Positions 6,577 through 14,291 of a stretch of 16,722 nucleotides of DNA are shown here, piece after piece. The notes below the pieces were generated by a model. It was not told the origin of the DNA. It worked only from the letters and a program-made list of their open reading frames with translations, and made no database searches. Origin of the DNA: Candidatus Iainarchaeum sp. (GTDB lineage Archaea > Iainarchaeota > Iainarchaeia > Iainarchaeales > CSSED10-239). The number at the start of each line of letters is the position of its first letter. Position 1 is the first letter of the stretch. Location of the stretch: assembly GCA_028700905.1 (NCBI GenBank), contig JAQVRT010000009.1, positions 1 to 16,722 of the forward strand, read 5' to 3'. The position numbers and the translations under genes are program-made.

Positions 6577-7377
6577 ATGAAAAAAAAATTAACAAGTAAT
6601 CAAAAATTAAAAAAAAAGAAAGAAATCTCTAATGGTATGGTATCTCTTCAAAGAGATCTAATTTCTAAAAAATTAAAAGATAAAGAAGTTTATCAAAGAC
6701 TTAAAAAATCTACTGAAAATTTAAAAATAAATGATAAGTCTGGAAGATATTTTTTAAATAGAAAATTTAAAGATTATAATTTAATATTTAGTAAAATTTT
6801 AAATAATGAAATTTTTAATACTTCATCTGTTCTTAAACAAGACATTATTTCTACTTTGAGTGCTTTGGAAAGAAAATATAAAAAAAAAGAAATCAATGTT
6901 TTAGATGATGGTGCTGGAAAAGGTTATTTTTTATCAGAGCTTAAAGAAAAATGGAATTCTTTAAAAGAAAAAAAATTAGTCTCAGCAGATTTAAAAACAA
7001 CCGCTGTTTCTTTAACTAAAACTTTTGATGTAAAAAACATTGATTTTAAAAAAATAGGGGATGTTCTAAATTTTATTCCTAAAAGAAAATATGATTTAAT
7101 TATTTCTGTATATGGTGGTTTTCATTATACACAAGCAATCTTAAAAAAAGAAGTTCTCTTAAAATATCTTTATTCTTTAAACAAAGGAGGGGTTGCAATT
7201 TTTAGTTTTAATCCTATATTGCTTCGTTCTAATCTAGATAAAGAACATAGAGCTCAAGTTTTAATTGCATTAAAAAAAAGAGGTTTTAAAGCAGATTTTT
7301 CATATCTTCCAACTTATTTAAATAAAACTATACCTGATCTTCCTCAAGTTTATTTATTTGTTGAAAGAGTCAAATAG
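6577..7377 (+). CDS. Class I SAM-dependent methyltransferase with a Lys-rich N-terminal extension; substrate unknown
   Basis: 266-aa ORF with motif I-like VLDDGAGKGYFLSEL, DLIISVYGGFHYT and GGVAIFSF downstream. The ~100-aa N-terminus is very basic (KKKLTSNQKLKKKKE..., KKLKDKEVYQRLKK). The gene starts 22 nt after the stop of the preceding surface-protein paralogue. Confidence 0.65.
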   Translation: MKKKLTSNQKLKKKKEISNGMVSLQRDLISKKLKDKEVYQRLKKSTENLKINDKSGRYFLNRKFKDYNLIFSKILNNEIFNTSSVLKQDIISTLSALERKYKKKEINVLDDGAGKGYFLSELKEKWNSLKEKKLVSADLKTTAVSLTKTFDVKNIDFKKIGDVLNFIPKRKYDLIISVYGGFHYTQAILKKEVLLKYLYSLNKGGVAIFSFNPILLRSNLDKEHRAQVLIALKKRGFKADFSYLPTYLNKTIPDLPQVYLFVERVK

Positions 7378-7443
7378 TTCTTTTTTAAGTTTATTGAGTT
7401 TTTATAAACATTTCTATACTTATAATATATATTAAATAATATA

Positions 7444-7453
7444 TTTTAAATAA
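7444..7453 (+). promoter_or_regulatory. TATA-box-like element (TTTTAAATAA) positioned for a leaderless or near-leaderless leuS transcript
   Basis: The element is centred about 23-26 nt upstream of the leuS ATG at 7472, and no Shine-Dalgarno-like purine run lies in between. Archaeal TATA boxes sit about 26 nt upstream of the transcription start. The whole spacer is AT-rich, so specificity is low. Confidence 0.3.
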
Positions 7454-7471
7454 TTAATTAATCGAGAATAC

Positions 7472-10339
7472 ATGTATAACTATAATGACTTTGAAAAAAA
7501 ATGGCAAAATAAATGGAAAGAAGAAAATATAGGTGTTTCAAATAGAGATGAGACAAAACCTAAATTTTTTTTAATATGGGCATACTTAACTGTATCTGGT
7601 TTCCATCATGTAGGGCATATGAGAGGATATTCTTATGCTGATGCAGTTTGTAGATTTAAAAGAATGCAAGGATATAATGTTTTACTTTCAGCAGGTGGAC
7701 ATGCTTCTGGAAATGGTGCTGTTTCAAAGGCTTTAAAAGTTAAAGAAAATGATTCTGATACAATTGATTATTATAAAAGTAAAGGATTAACAAAAGAAAA
7801 TTTAGATCAAATTTCAACACCTGAAGGTTTTGTTGATTATTTTTCTCAAATGTATGTTAAAGATTATATTTCTTATGGTTATTTAGTGGATGATAGAAGA
7901 TTTACTGTAACTACTTATCCTGATTATCAAAAATTTATTGAATGGCAATTTAAAAAATTAAAAGAAAAAGATTTACTTGTACAAAAACCATATTTTGCAA
8001 CTGCTTGTGTTAAATGCGGTCCTGTTGCAGTTGATCCATCTGAGATGGATTTATCAAAAGGTGGAAATGCAGAAAAACAAGAATTTACAATTATTAAACT
8101 TAAGTTTGAAAAAGAGAATCAATTTATTTTAGTTGCAACCTTAAGACCAGAAACTGTTTATGGTCAAACAAACATTTGGCTTTCTCCAGAAGAAGAATAT
8201 GTTAAAATAAAATCAGGAAATGAATTTTGGATAGCATCTAAAGATTTTTATGAAAAAATTAAATATCAAGTAGATAATCTTGAACTTTCTGGTCAATCTT
8301 TTAAAGGAAGTGAGCTTTTAGGTAAATATGTAACCCCTCCTATAATTAATAGAGAGATAATTATCTTACCTTCTTCTTTTTGTGATCCTAAGATAGGAAC
8401 TGGTATTGTAACTTCTGTTCCTTCTGATGCACCTGCTGATTGGATGGGTCTTTATGACTTACAAAGATCAAAAGAAGAATGTGACAAATATAATTTAGAT
8501 TTTGAAACTATTAAAAATATTAAACTAATACCAATAATTAAATCTAAAGATTTTGGAGATTTTCCTGCAGTTGAAATTTGTGAAAATATGAAAATTAATT
8601 CTCAAAAAGATACTGAAAAGTTAGAAATTGCAAAAAAAGAAGTTTACAAAAAAGGATATCATACAGGAGTTATGAGTGATACTTGTGATGAATATGCAGG
8701 CCTTAAAGTAGAAGTTGCAAAAGATAAAATTAAACAAAAAATGATTGATGATAATAATGCTTTTATTTTTTATGATTTATCAGAAGAAGTTCTTTGTAGA
8801 TGTTCTTCTCCAGTTGTTATAAAAAGAATAGATGATCAATGGTTTATTAAATATTCAGATAAACAATTAACTGAAAAAACAATTGAATATATTAAAGAAA
8901 TGTCTATTTTACCAGACTCTTTTAAAAAGAATTTGCCAAATGTTTTAAATTGGTTTGATGATAGAGCTTGTGCAAGACAAGGAACTTGGCTTGGAACAAA
9001 ACTTCCTTTTGATACTTCTTATACAGTTGAACCAATATCAGATAGTACTCTTTATCCTATCTATTATTTAGTTTCACTTTATGTAAATCAAGGAAAAATA
9101 AATGTTGAACAATTAACTGAAGAATTTTTTGACTTTGTGTTTTTAGGAAAAGGTAATTCTATTGAGGTTGCAAAAAATATTTCAATGGATATTAATCTTT
9201 TAGAAAATGTAAGAAAAGATGTACTTTATTGGTATCCATTAGATATTAATCTAGGTGGTAAAGAACATCAAACAGTTCATTTTCCAACATTTTTAATGAA
9301 CCATGTTGCTGTTTTTGAAAAAAATTTCTATCCTAAAGGAATTTTTGTAAATTGGTGGGTTGTTTCAAATGGTGGAAAAATTTCTAAATCTAAAGGTGGT
9401 GTTGGATCTATTGGTTCTGAAGCTGAAAAATATTCTGTAGATGCAATTAGACTTTTCTATGCAAATATTGCAAGTCCTTTTGTTGATATTACTTTTGAAG
9501 AAGAAGATTTAAAGACTTATAAACAAAGACTTGAAAGAATATTTGTGTTTATTGAAAATATAATTTCTTCAAGTGAGTTTAAAGAAGATTTAAAAGAAAC
9601 TGAACTTGATAGATGGTTTGAATCTAAATTTAATCTAAGACTTCAAACAATTATTGATTCTATGGACAAAATAGAATTTAAGGCAGCTACTGATGAAATT
9701 TATTTTAATTTTTATAATGACTTTTCTTGGTATCTTAAAAGAGGAGGAATTAATAAAAATGTTATTTTTTCAATTCTTAAAAAATGGATTTTAACAATGG
9801 GTCTTTTTACTCCTCATGTTTCTGAAGAACTAAATAGTCTTTTAGGTGAGAATTTTCTTGTTGTAAAACAAACATTCCCTGAGATTGAAATTGAAAAAAT
9901 TAATCTTTCTCTTGATGATAAAGAAAAAAATGTTGAAAAAATGATTAGTAACTTAAGAAATGTAATTAAATTATCTGGTCTTGAAAAAATAAATAAAATA
10001 TCTTTATTTGTATCTGAATCTTGGAAATATATTTTCTATTCAGAAGTAATTGCTGAACTTGAAATTACTAAAAATGTTGGACAAATTATTTCCAAATTTA
10101 TATCTAAATATCCTGATAATAAACAAGAAGTTTCAAAAGCAATTCCTAAATTATTAAAACAACCAATGTCTAAAGAAAATTTAAAAACTCAAGAAGAAGA
10201 CTATAATTTTTTAATATCTATTAAAGATTTTTTAGAATTGACTTTTAATACATCTATTGAAATTATAAAAGCAGAAGAAAGTGATAATGAAAAAGCAAAA
10301 AGTGCAACTCCTGGAAAAATAGGTTTTTTAGTTGAGTAG
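7472..10339 (+). CDS. leuS: Leucyl-tRNA synthetase, archaeal/eukaryal type, editing domain apparently intact
   Basis: 955-aa ORF with the HIGH motif as HHVGH (TVSGFHHVGHMRGY) and the KMSKS motif as KISKS (GGKISKSKGG). CP1 editing-domain signatures are TLRPETVYGQTN and GTGIVTSVPSDAPAD. The TLRPET form is archaeal/eukaryal, whereas bacteria have TTRPDT. Length and the C-terminal extension are also consistent with the archaeal type. Confidence 0.95.
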   Translation: MYNYNDFEKKWQNKWKEENIGVSNRDETKPKFFLIWAYLTVSGFHHVGHMRGYSYADAVCRFKRMQGYNVLLSAGGHASGNGAVSKALKVKENDSDTIDYYKSKGLTKENLDQISTPEGFVDYFSQMYVKDYISYGYLVDDRRFTVTTYPDYQKFIEWQFKKLKEKDLLVQKPYFATACVKCGPVAVDPSEMDLSKGGNAEKQEFTIIKLKFEKENQFILVATLRPETVYGQTNIWLSPEEEYVKIKSGNEFWIASKDFYEKIKYQVDNLELSGQSFKGSELLGKYVTPPIINREIIILPSSFCDPKIGTGIVTSVPSDAPADWMGLYDLQRSKEECDKYNLDFETIKNIKLIPIIKSKDFGDFPAVEICENMKINSQKDTEKLEIAKKEVYKKGYHTGVMSDTCDEYAGLKVEVAKDKIKQKMIDDNNAFIFYDLSEEVLCRCSSPVVIKRIDDQWFIKYSDKQLTEKTIEYIKEMSILPDSFKKNLPNVLNWFDDRACARQGTWLGTKLPFDTSYTVEPISDSTLYPIYYLVSLYVNQGKINVEQLTEEFFDFVFLGKGNSIEVAKNISMDINLLENVRKDVLYWYPLDINLGGKEHQTVHFPTFLMNHVAVFEKNFYPKGIFVNWWVVSNGGKISKSKGGVGSIGSEAEKYSVDAIRLFYANIASPFVDITFEEEDLKTYKQRLERIFVFIENIISSSEFKEDLKETELDRWFESKFNLRLQTIIDSMDKIEFKAATDEIYFNFYNDFSWYLKRGGINKNVIFSILKKWILTMGLFTPHVSEELNSLLGENFLVVKQTFPEIEIEKINLSLDDKEKNVEKMISNLRNVIKLSGLEKINKISLFVSESWKYIFYSEVIAELEITKNVGQIISKFISKYPDNKQEVSKAIPKLLKQPMSKENLKTQEEDYNFLISIKDFLELTFNTSIEIIKAEESDNEKAKSATPGKIGFLVE

Positions 10340-10382
10340 TATTTTTTAAACAAATAAATAAACCATACAGTAGAGAATTAAA

Positions 10383-11765
10383 ATGATTAAAAATAAATTT
10401 GTAAAAGAATATAAAGAATTAATTAAAGATTATACTTCAAATATTGAAAAATCATATGATTTAATTTTAGAAAATTATTCTAATAAATATATTTTTAAAA
10501 ATATCCCTTTAGTTGAATACTCTTTAGCTATTGCTAAAAAATTAAATGTGTATGATGAAAATATCATTATTTCTTCTGTTCTTTATAATCCTTATAAATA
10601 TAATTTAGATATTAAAAAGAAAGGTTTTCCTAAGATTATTAGAAAGATATCAAAAGATATTTATTTTATTAATTTTTATGAACTTATAAATAATTATTCT
10701 ATTTCTCCTATTAAAATAAAAAATATGATTGTTCAATCTTTTTTTAAGATTGAAGCAATAATAATCACTTTTGGTGAAGCTTTAGTTATTTTAGATTATT
10801 TTTCTGTAATTGAAGATGTTAAATTTAAAAACAGATTTTTAGAAATTATTGAAATTGCAATTTTTCCTTTAGCTTATCAGCTTGGTATGCAAAATTTTAA
10901 AGAAGAATTTTTAACTCAATTAATGAAATTAAAATATAAAGATAGTTTTAATAAAAATTATACTGAACTTAAAAAAAGATATCCTTTAGAAAAACTTAAT
11001 TCTTTAAAAGAAACTGTTATTAATCTATTAAAAAATTCAGGTCATAAGCCAATAACTTATAATTATAGATATAAAAGTCCTGGTAGTTTATTTCAGAAAA
11101 TATTTATTAGAAAAGAAAAGAAATGTATTGATGAAGTTTTAGATATTTATGCATTAAGATTAATTTATAATTCTAAGAAAGAATGTTATGCTGCTTTAAA
11201 GTTTATTAAAGATAATCTAGATGTTATTGAAAATAAAGATATAAAAGTAAGAGATTTTATTAAGCATCCTAAAGAAAATGGTTATCAATCTATTCACTTA
11301 AATATTATTTTAGATGGCTTTCCTTTAGAAATACAAATAAGAACTATAGACATGCATAACAATGCTGAGTTTGGTGTATCTGCTCATTTCCACTATAAAA
11401 ATATTGAATTTTCTGAAAAAGATAATCGTTTAATTAATATTTTAAAAGATAAAACATTAATTGAAAAACCAAAAGATATTTCATATGTTGATTACATTAG
11501 TGTATATACCCAGACAAATCAAGAGATTGTAATTCCTAAAAAATCAACTCTTCTAGATTTTGCATTTTCTCTTCATTCTGATTTTGCAAAATATTTTGAT
11601 TATGCAGAAATTAATGAAAAAATAATTAAAGATAAGTCTCATCTTCTTAAAAATGGAGATAAGATAAAGATTATTAAATCTAAGAAAGTGACTATTAAAG
11701 AAACTGACATAGATTATTTATTTAATAAAAGAAATAAAAAGAAGTTTAATCTTATTTTAAAATAA
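10383..11765 (+). CDS. RelA/SpoT homologue (RSH): degenerate HD (pseudo-hydrolase) domain, (p)ppGpp-synthetase domain and TGS domain, with no further C-terminal domains
   Basis: The synthetase motifs (nt ~11055-11402) are YRYKSPGSLFQKIFIRK, DIYALRLI, VRDFIKHPKENGYQSIHLNI and EIQIRTIDMHNNAEFGVSAHFHYK. The TGS domain (nt ~11493-11684) reads ISVYTQTNQEIVIPKKSTLLDFAFSLHSDFAKYFDYAEINEKIIKDKSHLLKNGDKIKII. The N-terminal ~200 aa keep the HD-domain scaffold: FPLAYQLGMQNFKEEF resembles APLA-x-RLG-x-x-x-K-x-ELE. The expected His reads PLVEYSLAIA, and the HD dyad reads VLYNP (Tyr-Asn codons at 10584-10589). Confidence 0.8.
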   Translation: MIKNKFVKEYKELIKDYTSNIEKSYDLILENYSNKYIFKNIPLVEYSLAIAKKLNVYDENIIISSVLYNPYKYNLDIKKKGFPKIIRKISKDIYFINFYELINNYSISPIKIKNMIVQSFFKIEAIIITFGEALVILDYFSVIEDVKFKNRFLEIIEIAIFPLAYQLGMQNFKEEFLTQLMKLKYKDSFNKNYTELKKRYPLEKLNSLKETVINLLKNSGHKPITYNYRYKSPGSLFQKIFIRKEKKCIDEVLDIYALRLIYNSKKECYAALKFIKDNLDVIENKDIKVRDFIKHPKENGYQSIHLNIILDGFPLEIQIRTIDMHNNAEFGVSAHFHYKNIEFSEKDNRLINILKDKTLIEKPKDISYVDYISVYTQTNQEIVIPKKSTLLDFAFSLHSDFAKYFDYAEINEKIIKDKSHLLKNGDKIKIIKSKKVTIKETDIDYLFNKRNKKKFNLILK

Positions 11766-11883
11766 TTATTTTTTAATAATTAATGGGAGAGAAAAATCTT
11801 CTGAAATCTTTATTGCTAGGTTTTCTCCTTCTTTAGAGAAAGGCCATACAAAAAGTGTTATTTTTGGTTTTATTTTCATAAAA

Positions 11884-13083
11884 TTATTTCCCAGAAACTA
11901 TTTCTATACAGTCATTATTTTTTAATGGATGGTCTTTACCTAGAAGCATTCTTGTCTTAACATCAATTGCTTTAATAAAGTTTTTACCAAAATCTGTATG
12001 TAGTTTAAAAGCAAAATCAATTGCTTTTGAGCCAGGTGGCATTAAGAAACAGTCAGGTAAGATATTTCCATCTTTATCCCCTAGTCCTTTTGTTCCTCCT
12101 GGATATACTGCAATATATTTTAAAACTTCAAAAACAGAAGTGTCTAATATCTTCTGAACACCAGTTTCTTGATATTTTTCTAAAATATTTGTTTTTATAA
12201 ATTCAAGAGCTTGTTTTTGTTTATCAGATAAATCTTCTTTCAATATTTTAAAGGAAGAATCTCCAGGAAGATATTCAATAATCTTTGCTTTTTCTGCAGC
12301 TTTTAGAGCATATTCTGATTCTGCAGAACATGGAATTATTGTAAGTTCAGGAAATTCTTCTTTCATTCTTTCAATATTTTCTTTTGCAAAAGGAAGATCT
12401 ATTTTGTTTGCAGCAATAACTATAGGTTTTGAAACTTTTCTAATCTCTTTTGTAAAAAATAAAAGTTCTTCATCTGTCCATTCTGCAATATTTTTATCAA
12501 CTAAATTACTTTTTTTAAGTGCTTGAAGTATTTCTTCTTCTTTTGAACCTAATGTTGCATAAAGGTATTCTTCTAAAACTCTTAAAGTTTTAATTTTTTG
12601 TACTCTTTGAACAGTTCCTATTTTTATGAAATTTCTTTTAAAAATATCAAATAACCATTTTTCAATTTCTTCAACTAAAAATTTAATTTCAAGAGATGGA
12701 TTGTAACTTCCAGCTTTAACAGGTTTTCCTTCTTCATCAGTGGAACCTGATGCATCAATTACTTGTATTAAAACATCTGCTTGGTTAAGGTCAGTTAAAA
12801 ACTTATTTCCAAGTCCTCTTCCTTCAGATGCGCCTGGAACTAAACCTGCAACATCAATAACATCTACTGGAAGATATCTTATGTGGTTTTTACAGTATCC
12901 TGTTCTTGGATTGCATTGTGTTTTAAAAAAAGAATCTACACAGTTATTTCTTACAAAACCAACTCCTTTATTAGGGTCAATTGTTGTGAATGGATAATTT
13001 GCAGATTCTGCATCCATTAATGTTAAAGCTCTAAAAAAAGTTGTTTTTCCTTTGTTAGGAGCACCCACAATACCTATAAGCAT
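11884..13083 (-). CDS. Obg-family (YchF/DRG-like) P-loop GTPase with a C-terminal TGS-like domain
   Basis: 399-aa ORF with G1 MLIGIVGAPNKGKTTFF, G3 DVAGLV and G4 AANKIDL (NKxD, so GTP-specific). The C-terminal beta-grasp/TGS-like segment reads ILPDCFLMPPGSKAIDFAFKLHTDFGKNFIKAIDVKTRMLLGKDHPLKNNDCIEIVS. Confidence 0.88.
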   Translation of the reverse strand: MLIGIVGAPNKGKTTFFRALTLMDAESANYPFTTIDPNKGVGFVRNNCVDSFFKTQCNPRTGYCKNHIRYLPVDVIDVAGLVPGASEGRGLGNKFLTDLNQADVLIQVIDASGSTDEEGKPVKAGSYNPSLEIKFLVEEIEKWLFDIFKRNFIKIGTVQRVQKIKTLRVLEEYLYATLGSKEEEILQALKKSNLVDKNIAEWTDEELLFFTKEIRKVSKPIVIAANKIDLPFAKENIERMKEEFPELTIIPCSAESEYALKAAEKAKIIEYLPGDSSFKILKEDLSDKQKQALEFIKTNILEKYQETGVQKILDTSVFEVLKYIAVYPGGTKGLGDKDGNILPDCFLMPPGSKAIDFAFKLHTDFGKNFIKAIDVKTRMLLGKDHPLKNNDCIEIVSGK

Positions 13084-13087
13084 ATAA

Positions 13088-14233
13088 TCACCTTAATCCA
13101 TATTTATAATTTTTAAATTTTTCAATTGATTTTATTTCAATTTTATTTTCTTTAATTAATTCTTTAATTAAATATCTTATTCCTTGTCTTGTTATTAAAA
13201 GTTTTTTAGATAATTCATTAATTGTTAAATTTGTTTTTAATAATTCATTTAATATAATTTTTTTATTACCTTTAACGTATCTTTTGGGTTTATTTACTCT
13301 CTTTATAAATTCTTCAATTTTATTTTGTTTATATCCTAAGTTTATTTCTGGATATTCTTTTATTAGTTTCAAGTAATCATTATAAAATTCATTTAAATTT
13401 ATTGAAAGAATATATAAACAAAACATTCCGTCTTTACCTGGTTTTATTGTTGTTTTATAATTTAATTGATTACAAATATTTTGTAAGTCTTTAATTAGAT
13501 TTTCATTTTTAAGACGTATTATAATTAAATTAGAGTCAATAGAACCTTCATCTATTATTATTCCAATTAAGAATGCTAATTTATGTTTCTTGTTTTTGTT
13601 AAAGATATCTTTAGGTATTCTTGCTATTTCTGATTTAAAACTATTTACATTTAAATTATATTGTTTAAATAATAAATTTGACACAACTACTGGGAAATAT
13701 ATTCTAGTTGTATTTTTATTATGAAAATATTTTTTTTTATATTTTAATTTTCCAAAAACCGATTCAATTTTTTTAATATATAGATTTCTATAATTTATAT
13801 TAAATTGTCTATATCCAAAATATGGTTGTCTTCCTTTTCCATTTATAACTGTTCCATCACCAATATGATGTGCAATTAACATATCAAATATAGGTGAAAT
13901 TTTAATTGGTAATTTTGGTTTTTCAATATAATTATATCCTCCTCTAATTTTATAGGCTATTATATTTTTTTGTAGTTTAAAAATAGATATTTTTAATAGT
14001 TTACATAAATTTAATAAAATTTCTAAATCAATAAAATATTTGTATCCTAATTTCATCTTAGCTTTAAATGTAGAGAAAGGAATTTTATAATTCATTATTA
14101 ATTTTTGGTGTATATTTTTTTTTGTACTATATTTTTTTTTAATTCTTTTATTTATATCATTTAAGAACAAAGTATCTACTTTAATATTTATTTTATCTCC
14201 TAATTCCCAAATATTTATTTCATTTCTATTCAT
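13088..14233 (-). CDS. Free-standing double-motif LAGLIDADG homing-endonuclease-like protein with HTH-like N- and C-terminal segments
   Basis: 381-aa ORF. Motif 1 is MLIAHHIGDG (nt 13853-13882) and motif 2 is LAFLIGIIIDEG (nt 13544-13579). The acidic residue preceding the final Gly is kept in both (D, then E). The N-terminal segment IPFSTFKAKMKLGYKYFIDLEILLNLCKLLKISIFKL looks XRE/Cro-like. The C-terminal segment LTINELSKKLLITRQGIRYLIKELIKENKIEI looks like a winged-helix/HTH. There are no intein splicing blocks, and the stop lies 4 nt before the GTPase start codon. Confidence 0.72.
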   Translation of the reverse strand: MNRNEINIWELGDKINIKVDTLFLNDINKRIKKKYSTKKNIHQKLIMNYKIPFSTFKAKMKLGYKYFIDLEILLNLCKLLKISIFKLQKNIIAYKIRGGYNYIEKPKLPIKISPIFDMLIAHHIGDGTVINGKGRQPYFGYRQFNINYRNLYIKKIESVFGKLKYKKKYFHNKNTTRIYFPVVVSNLLFKQYNLNVNSFKSEIARIPKDIFNKNKKHKLAFLIGIIIDEGSIDSNLIIIRLKNENLIKDLQNICNQLNYKTTIKPGKDGMFCLYILSINLNEFYNDYLKLIKEYPEINLGYKQNKIEEFIKRVNKPKRYVKGNKKIILNELLKTNLTINELSKKLLITRQGIRYLIKELIKENKIEIKSIEKFKNYKYGLR

Positions 14234-14291
14234 GATCTATCATTTAACATTAATTTACATTTTTCAACAACATCTATAAGCATAATTATTC

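Noticed and set aside
6580-6617. A9 homopolymer tracts (6580-6588, 6609-6617) at the 5' end of the second methyltransferase gene as phase-variation switches
   Set aside because: Poly-A runs encoding Lys are ubiquitous in this AT-rich coding sequence, and there is no evidence of frameshifted copies in the window.
10383-11765. The RSH as a toxSAS-type toxin-antitoxin or CapRel-like defence module
   Set aside because: The protein keeps a long-RSH layout (HD scaffold, then SYNTH, then TGS) rather than a stand-alone small synthetase. There is no small adjacent antitoxin gene and no pseudo-ZFD C-terminal domain.
12740-12997. 85-aa plus-strand ORF
   Set aside because: It is antisense to the G-domain of the YchF-like GTPase gene and is a shadow ORF with no recognisable features.
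13088-14233. The LAGLIDADG ORF as an intein or intron-encoded endonuclease
   Set aside because: It has its own start and stop codons. It has no N-terminal Cys/Ser or C-terminal His-Asn splice junction blocks, and it is not embedded in a host gene or in the rRNA.
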